A DNA stretch of 64,000 bases from NCBI GenBank assembly GCA_963790305.1, contig CAWBOC010000005.1:608001-672000 (forward strand), given 5' to 3'. This document shows positions 19,486 to 28,272 of the stretch, piece after piece. The position numbers and the translations under genes are program-made. Source of the DNA: an uncultured Gemmatimonadaceae bacterium. GTDB taxonomy: Bacteria > Gemmatimonadota > Gemmatimonadetes > Gemmatimonadales > Gemmatimonadaceae. Within the stretch, counting starts at the first letter, position 1; every line of letters starts with the position of its first letter. The notes below the pieces were generated by a model. It searched no databases. It was not told the origin of the DNA and saw only the letters and a list, made by a program, of their open reading frames with translations.

Positions 19486-20537
19486 CCTCCATTCCCAAAC
19501 CCCCCGTCCGCCACCCCGGCCTCCCGCGCAACGCGCTGGGCCTCACGACTCGCGACTACGAGGGCGGGATGTCGACGCTGTGCGCGGGGTGCGGGCATGA
19601 CTCCATCACCTCGGCGATCATTCAGGCGGTGTGGGAGCTCGATCTGCCGCCGCACCGCGCCGCCAAGCTGAGCGGAATCGGCTGTTCGTCGAAGACCACC
19701 GCGTATTTCATGCGGCAGTCCCATGGGTTCAACGCGGTTCACGGCCGCATGCCCGCCGTCGCCAGCGGGGTTCAGGCGGCGAATCGCGAGCTGGTGTGCA
19801 TCGGCGTGTCCGGCAATGGGGACTCGCTTTCCATAGGACTGGGTCAGCTGTGTCACGCGATCCGGCGCAACATCAACCTGCTCTACGTGCTCGAGAACAA
19901 CGGCGTCTACGGCCTGACGAAGGGGCAGTTTTCGGCCTCGGCCAATGTCGGATCGAAGTCGAAGCGCGGGGAGCCGAACGTACAGCAGCCGATCGATCCG
20001 GTGCTGCTCGCCCTGACGCTGGGCGCGACCTTCGTGGCGCGTGGCTTTTCCGGCGACAAGGCGCAGCTCGTGCCGATCCTCAAGGCCGGGCTCGCCCACC
20101 GCGGCTTCGCGCTCATCAATGTCATCTCACCGTGCGTGACGTTCAACGACCATGAGGCTTCGACGAAGAGCTACCGCTTCACGCGTGGCCATCGGCACGA
20201 GGTCGCGCCGGTGGATTTCATCCCCATGACACGCGAGATCGCGGCGGTGGCCGCGCCGGGCGCGGCGATACGAGTGACAATGCACGATGGGAGCGTGGTT
20301 CGATTCCGCGCCGTGGACGAGAGTTACGATCCCACCAACCGCGACGCGGCCTACGCACACATCCGCCGACTCCAGAGCCAGGGCGAGGTGGTAACGGGGC
20401 TGCTGTACATCGATCAGAGCGCGCCCGACATGCACGCGGTGAGCGCGACGATCGACGAACCACTGACGCGTGTCCCCTACGAGCAGCTGTGTCCCGGGAG
20501 CGCGGCATTGGAGGCGTTGCAGGAAGAATACAGATAG
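19482..20537 (+). CDS. korB: 2-oxoacid:ferredoxin oxidoreductase beta subunit
   Basis: LCAGCGH, SGIGCSS, HGR, TPP motif read as GNGD, YGLTKGQFS, SPCVTFN. Confidence 0.93.
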   Translation: MTSIPKPPVRHPGLPRNALGLTTRDYEGGMSTLCAGCGHDSITSAIIQAVWELDLPPHRAAKLSGIGCSSKTTAYFMRQSHGFNAVHGRMPAVASGVQAANRELVCIGVSGNGDSLSIGLGQLCHAIRRNINLLYVLENNGVYGLTKGQFSASANVGSKSKRGEPNVQQPIDPVLLALTLGATFVARGFSGDKAQLVPILKAGLAHRGFALINVISPCVTFNDHEASTKSYRFTRGHRHEVAPVDFIPMTREIAAVAAPGAAIRVTMHDGSVVRFRAVDESYDPTNRDAAYAHIRRLQSQGEVVTGLLYIDQSAPDMHAVSATIDEPLTRVPYEQLCPGSAALEALQEEYR

Positions 20538-20578
20538 AGGTGGTCGAGGTCGTCGACATCCTTGATGACCTCGACCAC
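20537..20578. repeat. Family D hairpin (short)
   Basis: GTGGTCGAGGTCGTCGA...TTGATGACCTCGACCAC directly after the korB stop. Confidence 0.65.
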
Positions 20579-20614
20579 ATTTCTCACCCATTCCACCGCA
20601 TCTGGAGTCCGTAC

Positions 20615-21796
20615 ATGGTTGCCGTTCGTCGTTTCCTAATGGGAGTCGCCGCGGTTTTTCCGTGCTCGCTCGCTGCCCAAAACACCCCGCCCACCGGCGC
20701 CTTCATCGTGAGGCTCGGCACCGACACCACCGCGGTGGAGCGGTTCACACGATCGGAGAATACCTACCAGATCGAGCAAGCACTGCGCAGCCCGCGGACG
20801 AGCTTCAGGCACACGCACCTCGAGCTCGCGCCGAGTGGGGAGATCGCGACCGTCCATTTGATGTTTCACTCGATCGACCAGCCGAGCGGACCGCTCCTCG
20901 GCAGTACGCAGCTCACGTACGGAAGTAGCGACAGCGCGACGGTCGAGCAGAAGCGCGGCGATTCAGCAAGCACTCGTCGCGTGCCCGCGCGCGGTGGTGC
21001 GATCCCGTCGCTGCCGCAGTCATTTCTTGCCTACGAGCTGGCGGCAATGCGAATGCGCGCGACGAAGGCCGATAGCATGGCGGTGACGCTGGTGAACCCG
21101 AGCGGCGACCCCACAGCGGTGGTCGTCACCCGTGTTGGCGCCGATTCGATGACGTTCCGGCTGCCGTTCCTGACGTATCGCGCACGCGTCAATGCCGCCG
21201 GCCGCATAACGCGCCTCTATCAGCCACGCGGCACGTCGGTGGAGCGTGTTCTCAATGTCGACGTCAACCAAGTCGCGAAGGGGTGGGCAGCGCTCGATGC
21301 GAGCGGCAAGCCCATGGGACCACTCTCGCCCAGAGATTCGGTCTCCGCTCGCGTGGGCGATGCGGCGGTGTCGATTCGCTACGCGCGCCCGAGCAAGCGT
21401 GGCCGAGTGGTATTTGGCGACATCGTTCCCTGGGACTCCGTATGGCGCACCGGCGCGAACGAAGCGACGGTGCTGACCACCGATCGAGATCTCGTCATTG
21501 GCGGCACGATGGTCCCCGCGGGGAGCTACACGCTGTTCACGATTCCATCGCGCAGCGGAACGAGGCTCATCATCAATCGTGAAACCCTGCGCGATGGTGA
21601 GCCGCTCGCCGGTACCGACTACGACGCGTCCAAGGACTTCGCTCGCATCGCGATGAGCACGAAGACGCTCGCGGCGCCCGTGCAGCAGTTCACGATCGCA
21701 ATCACGCCGCGCGGGGCGCGGGAAGGAGTACTCCGCCTGGCGTGGGACCGGCGCGAAATGACCGTGCCGATACAGGTCCGCCGCGTCGCGCCCTGA
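20615..21796 (+). CDS. DUF2911-domain secreted protein
   Basis: Signal peptide; LSPRD, YARPSKRGR, WRTGANEAT, AGSYTLFTIP. Confidence 0.85.
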   Translation: MVAVRRFLMGVAAVFPCSLAAQNTPPTGAFIVRLGTDTTAVERFTRSENTYQIEQALRSPRTSFRHTHLELAPSGEIATVHLMFHSIDQPSGPLLGSTQLTYGSSDSATVEQKRGDSASTRRVPARGGAIPSLPQSFLAYELAAMRMRATKADSMAVTLVNPSGDPTAVVVTRVGADSMTFRLPFLTYRARVNAAGRITRLYQPRGTSVERVLNVDVNQVAKGWAALDASGKPMGPLSPRDSVSARVGDAAVSIRYARPSKRGRVVFGDIVPWDSVWRTGANEATVLTTDRDLVIGGTMVPAGSYTLFTIPSRSGTRLIINRETLRDGEPLAGTDYDASKDFARIAMSTKTLAAPVQQFTIAITPRGAREGVLRLAWDRREMTVPIQVRRVAP

Positions 21797-21814
21797 TCGC
21801 GGCCGGAGGCGTGC

Positions 21815-22817
21815 TCACGTATGGCACGCGCCGGCCGTCGGCGGCTTCTGCCGGGCGGTGGTGCTGCGCTCGAACGTATAGAGGAAGTTCGTGAAGCCGA
21901 CGTCGTAGTCCGAGAGGCCGTTCTGGCCCGTTAGGCGCATCCGCTCATCGTACAGCCGACGCATCACCTCCTCGACCTGACGACTGGCGGCGCTCTGCGC
22001 CGCACCACGCTGCAGGTCGAGAAATTGGGCGCGCAACTCTGGGCGGAGGGTCGAGTGCTCCACGCGGTCTCGAAACGCCAGGCGGTCCTCGCCGACCAGT
22101 GCTCGCCACGTACGGTGGAGCCGCTCGCAGAGCGCTGATTGCATCAGCACGGGGCGCTCCGAAGCCGTGAGCGAAAGATACGCCAACGCCTGCGCCTCCA
22201 GCTCCTTCCAATACCCCTTCCGGTGGCTGAACTCGTGGGCAATGACGTGGGGCTCGAAAACACCGACGTCGCGAAAAACAGTGACGTCCCCCGACACGAA
22301 GTCGCACGCGCCGAGCGCGAATGGGAAGAACAGGCCGACCAGCGAGAAATCGCGCACCTCCGCGCTCGTCTCGACGCGCTGTGCCGTAACCCCCGCGATG
22401 TAGTTCGTCAGAATGGCGGTCGACCTCGACGGCGAGCTCACGACGGGGCATCCGCTCCGCAGTGTATCCGTCGTTGAGGCGCTCGATCAGCAGGCCGACT
22501 TCCTGTTCACGCGTCTCACGCGGCACCGGCGTCAGGTGCCGCACGTCCGCGCCAAACTCCCGGAGGAAATCGATCTTCCGGACTCCGCGACGAGCGGCCC
22601 AATCCTGGAGCGCGCTCGCTGCGTACGCGCCGTACGCAACGGCCTGCACGACGCGCCCAACCGGTGTCGCGCCGAGCAGGAGCCGCGCCGCGAGTGGGAC
22701 AGCAAGCACGACATCGGTTGGCGCAACCGGCCAGTAGGTTGCCGCGTTCGCGATGCGGACTTCATCCGCACCGGTTCGTCCTCCCAGGCTCACGTCGTCG
22801 ACCGGCCGGTCGGGCAT
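21815..22817 (-). CDS. DUF3810-like HExxH protein (frameshift at ~22412)
   Basis: Two overlapping ORFs join as EVDRH-LTNYIAG after removing one T; AHEFSHRKGYWKELEAQ. Confidence 0.65.
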
Positions 22818-22819
22818 CG

Positions 22820-25117
22820 TTACGGCTTCGCTGGCTCTTCCTTTCCCTCCGCCAGCTTCTTCGCTTCCTCTTCCTTTTTTGCCTTCTCCGCCTCGTCCTC
22901 GAGCGTCTTGAGCACGTCGCGCCAGGCGAACTTCCGCCCACTTCCGCGGACGTAGTAATCCATCCACGCCATCTCAGCCGTCGATTTCACCAGCTGATTG
23001 CGCGGATCGGGGATACCGTGACTCTCACCGGGATACACATAGAGCTCGGTCGGCACGCCTAACCGCTTGAGCGCCATGTGGAGCTCCTCGGACTGCGGGC
23101 TCGGGACCCGAGGATCGCCCTTGACGACGTGGATCATCGTCGGCGTCTTCGCGTTCTTGATGTACCGAATGGGTGACTGCGCCCAGTACGCGTCAAAGTC
23201 TTCGTACGGCAGCTTGTCACCGAGGTAGAACTGCCGGTTCCGCTGGACATCGCTCTGTGCATACATCGAGATCCAGTTCGACGTGCCGGCGCCGGAGCTG
23301 ATCGCCTTGAAGCGATCGGTGTGGGTAAGAATCCAGTTCGCCCAGTGCCCGCCGGCGCTCCAGCCGAGCACGCCCATGCGCGTGGAGTCGACGATGCCCT
23401 GCGCGATGAGGTGATCCACGCCGGTCATGATGTCGTCGTAGCCGAGCGGGAAGTAGTTGCCGACGATGTCCGTCTTGTGCGCTTCACCGTAGTTGGTGGA
23501 GCCGCGATAGTTCGGACGCAGCACGGCGTACCCTTCCCCGGCGTAGACCTGCGCGCCATAGCCGCCATTGAAACCGAGGACGTCAGCTGAAGCAGGGCCG
23601 CCGTGGATGGCGACGATGAGCGGGTACCGCTGACCGGCGCGGAACCCGACCGGCTTCACCAGCACACCGGCGACCGTCTTGCCATCGGTCGACTTCCAGG
23701 TGATCTCTTCCTCCTCACCTAACGCGAACTCGCGAACCTGCGGGTTGGCGTCGGTGAGCTGCCGCCAGGAGGCACGCTTCCCGGCCTGCTCCGGCGCTGC
23801 GATCGTGAACAACGTTGCCGGCGTCTTCGGATCGGCATACGTGAGGATCAGGACGCCCGAGTCATCGTCGCGATCGACGAACAGCGATGCCCGCTCGCTG
23901 GTCACTGGACGCACCTGGTCGCGCGCAATGTCGAGCGCCAGGAGCTGGTTCGTCGCGCGAACGCCCTCGTTGAAGTAGATGGTCTTCCCATCGGCGGACC
24001 AGAAGCTCACACCGACATCGCCGTCGAAGGCGCTGCCCAGCTTGCGCCACTGACCGCCACGATCGCTCGTGCGACGAAGGTAGACGCGCTGATTCTTCAT
24101 GTTGTAGCGCGTGAGGTCGTCCGGCGCCGAGAAGGCAACCCATTGCCCATCGGGCGAGAAGCTCGGCAGACTCTCGCCGACCTCGGTGTTGTTCGTCAGG
24201 CGCTCGATCTGCCCCGTCGCGGCCTCGAGCAGGTACTGGTCAGCGTAGATGTTCTGCTCGGTGATGTTTCGCTTGTACCGGTCGCTGGCGGTGCCGCGGA
24301 ACGCGATCCATTTGCCGTCGTTGGAGAGCTCGAACTCGCTGACGGTCATCGTCGTGTCGCGCGTGAGACGCGTGGTCTTCTTCGGGTCGAGGTCCAGCGC
24401 CCAGAGGCTGGAGCGCGGCGTCTCCATGTTCCGAATGGAGACGTTGAATTTCTTCTCGATGCGCAGCTTCTCGTCGGGATCCGTCGTGTCAGCGGTGACG
24501 AAGTAAATGCGGCGGCTGTCCGGCGCCCACTGCCACAGGCCGACGCCGGTCGCCTGCTTCGTCAGCTGATCGGGCTTCGCGGTGTCGACCCCGGCGATCG
24601 GTAGCCGATAGAGCTGCTCCTCACCGGACTTTCCGCTCCGGTAGGCGAGCCACTTTCCGTCCTTGCTGAGCGCGAACGTCGAGACGCCTTCCTTGGCATC
24701 GGTGATCTTCCGTGCCTCGCCGCCATCGGGGCGCATGAGATAGAGCTGATTCTGCGTAGCGCTCGAGGATGGGGCGTCGCGATTGGACGCGAAGACGAAG
24801 AACGACCCATCGCGTGCCCAACGTGGCGACGTCTCGTTCTTATCCTTCGTGAATGTGAGCTGCCGGCTCGACGACGCTCCGCGCTCGAGCGAGACGACGT
24901 GAATGTCCGTCTGTCGCTTCGCCTCCTTCCAGTCCGGAGTCGACACGGTGTAGAGGAGCCACTTGCCGTCGGGACTCGGCGTGGGCGACCCCACCTGCCT
25001 CATGTGCTGCATGTCGAGGAAGGTCAGAGGGCGCTTGGCGGGCGCCGGGGCTTGGGCAGCTGCGGGGGGCGCGAGGAGCGCACCAAGGAGGAGAGCCTGA
25101 AGGGGGCGACAAGTCAT
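22820..25117 (-). CDS. S9 family peptidase (beta-propeller plus alpha/beta hydrolase)
   Basis: Signal peptide, PD40 repeats, IHGGP, NYRGS, GWSAGG, DPRVP, GESHG. Confidence 0.93.
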   Translation of the reverse strand: MTCRPLQALLLGALLAPPAAAQAPAPAKRPLTFLDMQHMRQVGSPTPSPDGKWLLYTVSTPDWKEAKRQTDIHVVSLERGASSSRQLTFTKDKNETSPRWARDGSFFVFASNRDAPSSSATQNQLYLMRPDGGEARKITDAKEGVSTFALSKDGKWLAYRSGKSGEEQLYRLPIAGVDTAKPDQLTKQATGVGLWQWAPDSRRIYFVTADTTDPDEKLRIEKKFNVSIRNMETPRSSLWALDLDPKKTTRLTRDTTMTVSEFELSNDGKWIAFRGTASDRYKRNITEQNIYADQYLLEAATGQIERLTNNTEVGESLPSFSPDGQWVAFSAPDDLTRYNMKNQRVYLRRTSDRGGQWRKLGSAFDGDVGVSFWSADGKTIYFNEGVRATNQLLALDIARDQVRPVTSERASLFVDRDDDSGVLILTYADPKTPATLFTIAAPEQAGKRASWRQLTDANPQVREFALGEEEEITWKSTDGKTVAGVLVKPVGFRAGQRYPLIVAIHGGPASADVLGFNGGYGAQVYAGEGYAVLRPNYRGSTNYGEAHKTDIVGNYFPLGYDDIMTGVDHLIAQGIVDSTRMGVLGWSAGGHWANWILTHTDRFKAISSGAGTSNWISMYAQSDVQRNRQFYLGDKLPYEDFDAYWAQSPIRYIKNAKTPTMIHVVKGDPRVPSPQSEELHMALKRLGVPTELYVYPGESHGIPDPRNQLVKSTAEMAWMDYYVRGSGRKFAWRDVLKTLEDEAEKAKKEEEAKKLAEGKEEPAKP

Positions 25118-25178
25118 GGAGGCAGCCTGTGCGGTGAGCCTCCAAAATGCGTCTTCGCGCTTCGTCCCGCGAGGGCCA

Positions 25179-25282
25179 ACGGCATTAACCACAGAGGCAC
25201 AGAGGGCACGGAGGAACCCCGAACTGCAGGCCCTGCAGTTCGGGGTTCCTCCGTGCCCTCTGTGCCTCTGTGGTTATGCCGT
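25179..25282. repeat. Hairpin element family E
   Basis: ACCACAGAGGCACAGAGGGCACGGAGG, self-complementary core, then the inverted arm. Confidence 0.9.
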
Positions 25283-25304
25283 CAAGGCCCTTGCGCGAGG
25301 AAGC

Positions 25305-26657
25305 CTAACGGTCCTCCCCTCTGAACACCACCCTCCAAATCCTCCCCCCATCGTCGTCCGAGATGTACAACGACCCATCCGGCCCCTCGGCGAGCCCCAT
25401 CGGCCGATGCTCGGCGTCTGCGGGCGGGTTGGTCGAATTCCCAATGAATCCGTCCGCGAACACGTCCCATCCTCCGGCGGGTGCGTGACGTCCGAAGGGA
25501 ACGAACACGACGTTGAATCCCTCGTTGGGCAGCGGCGCGCGGTCGAAGCCGCCGTGGAACGCGACGAACGCCCCCCCTCTGAACCGCGATGGGAACTGCC
25601 TTCCGCCGTAGAAGAGCAGGTCGTTTGGTGCCCAGTGCCCGGGGAATGTCAACAGTGGGGTTTCCTTGTCCGCGCACCGCGGCCCGACGATGGTGCCGTT
25701 ACCGCCGTACTCGGGGGCCAGGAGCTTCAAGCGCTTCTTCCAGTCGTGGTAGCAGTACGGCCAGCCGTTGTCGTCACCGCGGTCGATGCGGATGAACTCC
25801 TCGGACGGCAGGTCGGCGCCATCCTGCGGTGTGTAGAACTGCGGCCAGTGGTCGTTGAGATGGTCGCGACCGTGCTGGACCCCGAACAGAGCCTCACGAC
25901 CCTCGTCCCACCGCAGCGCCTCCATGTTTCGGAGCCCTGTGGCGAAGTGAATCCCGTCGGCCTGTGTCTGTCCGGTGCGCGTCGCGCTGAACCGCCAGAC
26001 ACCGGCACGAATCGGCAGCTCGGGACATGGATCGACGCCGGGCGACTGCGCGACACGGTTCGCCACCTGACAGGAGTTCGACGCCGAGCCAATGTTCACG
26101 TACATGTTGCCGCGATCGTCGAGCTGCATGTTCTTGCGGAAGTGATCGCCGTCGGAGGGCAACCCGCCCACGACGATCTCGGGCGCTCCGCGGGGAAGCA
26201 GGTCGTTGGAATGGAGCCGCCATCTCACGATGCGATCGCGATAGCCGACGTACAGGAACTCCTGCGTGACCACGATGCCGTTCGCGTTCGGCTCGCCGAA
26301 GTATGCCCGCGTTTCAGCGCGTCCGTCTCCGTCGCGGTCGCGCAGCGCGAGCACGCCGCCCCCGTGGGTCGCATCTCCGATGGCGACGTACGCATCGCCC
26401 TTGCGCGTGATGCCGAGATGTCGCGCTCGCCCGACCTGATCGGCGACCACAACGGCGCAGAAGCCGGGCGGCAGCGTGATCCCGCCGTTGCCGGCGTCGC
26501 ACTCGACGCGGGCGTCCGAGTGCCTGAGGGCAACGTCGGTGCTACCGTCCAGCGCTTCTGGTCCCGTGACTCTGTCAGCGCAGGCGACGATCCCAATGCA
26601 CGTCGCGATCGTGGCGAGCGCACGTGTGTGTGAATACCAGCAAGACGTCGTTTGCAT
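25305..26657 (-). CDS. PQQ-dependent sugar/sorbosone dehydrogenase-like lipoprotein
   Basis: GGAGG RBS, lipobox IVAC, LPPGF, NIGSASN, ATGLRN, GWPYC, AFHGG, RPMGLAEGPDGSLYISDD. Confidence 0.88.
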   Translation of the reverse strand: MQTTSCWYSHTRALATIATCIGIVACADRVTGPEALDGSTDVALRHSDARVECDAGNGGITLPPGFCAVVVADQVGRARHLGITRKGDAYVAIGDATHGGGVLALRDRDGDGRAETRAYFGEPNANGIVVTQEFLYVGYRDRIVRWRLHSNDLLPRGAPEIVVGGLPSDGDHFRKNMQLDDRGNMYVNIGSASNSCQVANRVAQSPGVDPCPELPIRAGVWRFSATRTGQTQADGIHFATGLRNMEALRWDEGREALFGVQHGRDHLNDHWPQFYTPQDGADLPSEEFIRIDRGDDNGWPYCYHDWKKRLKLLAPEYGGNGTIVGPRCADKETPLLTFPGHWAPNDLLFYGGRQFPSRFRGGAFVAFHGGFDRAPLPNEGFNVVFVPFGRHAPAGGWDVFADGFIGNSTNPPADAEHRPMGLAEGPDGSLYISDDDGGRIWRVVFRGEDR

Positions 26658-26817
26658 GGATCTCCTCCCTGGTTGGAGCATTCGACGGGGGGAGCGCCTT
26701 CAAGTGCCGTACGATGTCGCATGAGCCGATGTCGGGTTTCGACGCATTCGCGCAGAAGGTGCTGAGACCGCGGCGAGTGGTCATCATCGCGCGGTGACGG
26801 CGAGTGATCCTTCTCAC

Positions 26818-26942
26818 AACGACAAAGAGGGCAGAATTCAGAGCGGCATTGAAGCATCCGCGTCCCCCTTTGAACCTGGATACTTCAATGCCGCTCTGCG
26901 TTCTGAATTTCTGGTATTCTGAATTCTGTCCTCTTTGCCGTT
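26818..26942. repeat. Hairpin element family B
   Basis: AACGACAAAGAGGGCAGAATTCAGA ... TCTGAATTCTGTCCTCTTTGCCGTT with inner GAGCGGCATTGAAG/CTTCAATGCCGCTC stem. Confidence 0.8.
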
Positions 26943-26951
26943 AGGGGGACA

Positions 26952-26978
26952 TTGACATAGCCCCCGGGGGTATACGAT
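26952..26978 (+). promoter_or_regulatory. csoR promoter with CsoR-type operator
   Basis: TTGACA, then ATAGCCCCCGGGGGTAT (C-tract/G-tract pseudo-palindrome), then TACGAT; spacer is only 15 nt. Confidence 0.7.
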
Positions 26979-26986
26979 TTTCAGGA

Positions 26987-27334
26987 ATGCCAACGACCAT
27001 ACGAGAGGAAATCGCCGAGTGCGGCTGCGCCACGCACACTCGGGGACGGAAGGCCGTCGCCGTGGATCCGGACATCAAGGACCGCACGACGAAGCGGCTA
27101 CGGCGTATCGAGGGACAGGTGCGGGGATTACAGAAGATGGTGGACGAGGAGCGCTACTGCGCCGACATCCTCACGCAGATCTCGTCCGTCCACGAAGCGC
27201 TCCGCGGCGTCGCCCGCGAGCTGTTGCGAAACCACTTGAAGCACTGCGCCGCGACCGCCATCCGCGCCGGTGACGCGCAGGCGGATGCGATGTATGACGA
27301 GCTCGTCGAGCTGGTGTATAGGCACGGGCGATAA
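26987..27334 (+). CDS. csoR: CsoR family copper-sensing repressor
   Basis: RLRRIEGQVRG, RYCADIL, NHLKHC (C-H-C ligand set). Confidence 0.9.
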   Translation: MPTTIREEIAECGCATHTRGRKAVAVDPDIKDRTTKRLRRIEGQVRGLQKMVDEERYCADILTQISSVHEALRGVARELLRNHLKHCAATAIRAGDAQADAMYDELVELVYRHGR

Positions 27335-27437
27335 GGCGAATGCGGAATGCGGAATGCGGATTGATGAATTGGGTTGGGCGCCCGGCTCCCAGGCGACCGT
27401 CATGCTCAATCCGTATTCCGCATTCCGCATTCGCCTT
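27333..27437. repeat. Hairpin element family A
   Basis: AAGGCGAATGCGGAATGCGGAATGCGGATTGA ... TCAATCCGTATTCCGCATTCCGCATTCGCCTT fills the gap between convergent stops. Confidence 0.9.
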
Positions 27438-27982
27438 TAGAACGCGTACCCGATCGACAGCCTCACCGTCGGGTAGCCATAGGTCTCATCTTCGTCGTCG
27501 TCCCCTCCGATGGGAAAGAGGCGCTTCGCCCCGACGCCCGTACCAATGAAGAACTGACGGGTGCGTCCCAGCAGCCAGCTATAACCGAGGTCGAGTCCCA
27601 CCGACAGCGCGTCGAACTCGCGCTCGACGAGCGTGCCGTCTCTCCGGTCATCTTCGGCCACGCGTGAATAGCCGAAGGAGATTCCCGCCGCGAACTTCGT
27701 TGGCGCCTCCGCGGAGGGGTAGTAGCGCAGCCTCACGTCAGCGCTGGTGTAGTCGATTTCTTCATCGTCATCGTCGTCCCCGATGCTGATGTTGCCGACC
27801 CCGACCGACCAGCTCGCGGTCGAGCTGAAGGCGCGCTCGTACTCAATGTTGTACCACTGGAACAGAAAGCCGAAGGGGTTGATCGAGAGCACATTGGCCT
27901 GCACGGGCAGGTCGATTGTCTGGGCGCGAGCCGTCGTTGCGGAGAGCGCTGCGGCGAGGAGCACGAACGAAAGGCGTTTCAT
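27437..27982 (-). CDS. Outer-membrane beta-barrel protein (DUF3575-like)
   Basis: Signal peptide, SINPFG, IEYERAF, alternating strands, C-terminal IGYAF. Confidence 0.75.
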   Translation of the reverse strand: MKRLSFVLLAAALSATTARAQTIDLPVQANVLSINPFGFLFQWYNIEYERAFSSTASWSVGVGNISIGDDDDDEEIDYTSADVRLRYYPSAEAPTKFAAGISFGYSRVAEDDRRDGTLVEREFDALSVGLDLGYSWLLGRTRQFFIGTGVGAKRLFPIGGDDDEDETYGYPTVRLSIGYAF

Positions 27983-28272
27983 TGTGGCCTCAGGAAGGGA
28001 AGTGGCGTAGGTAAGGATAGCGCCCCGCCGAGCAAGATCATGGCCTGTCGCATCGCCGGGCGGGGGCGGACTCGGCCAAATGGGAAGCGTTGAGTTTCTT
28101 CAACTTGCGCCTCCAGGGCGGCGGCGCAACGAGCGTGGCTTCGCCGCCATGGCACACCGCGAGGACGTGCCGCTGTCCCGCGAGTTGCACAATCGGGCGA
28201 CCGTCAGCGATTGTAAGTCGAGGCGCGTATCCCATGCGCCTCCCCCAGACCCTTACATCAGACTCATCGACC

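Noticed and set aside
15764..20537. GltD-like/korAB operon as a novel system
   Set aside because: A familiar arrangement; only the embedded repeats are unusual.
25116..26633. Long antisense ORFs (this one, also 28264-29661, 42966-44072, 62765-63898)
   Set aside because: Shadows of well-supported opposite-strand genes in high-GC DNA, with no recognisable motifs.
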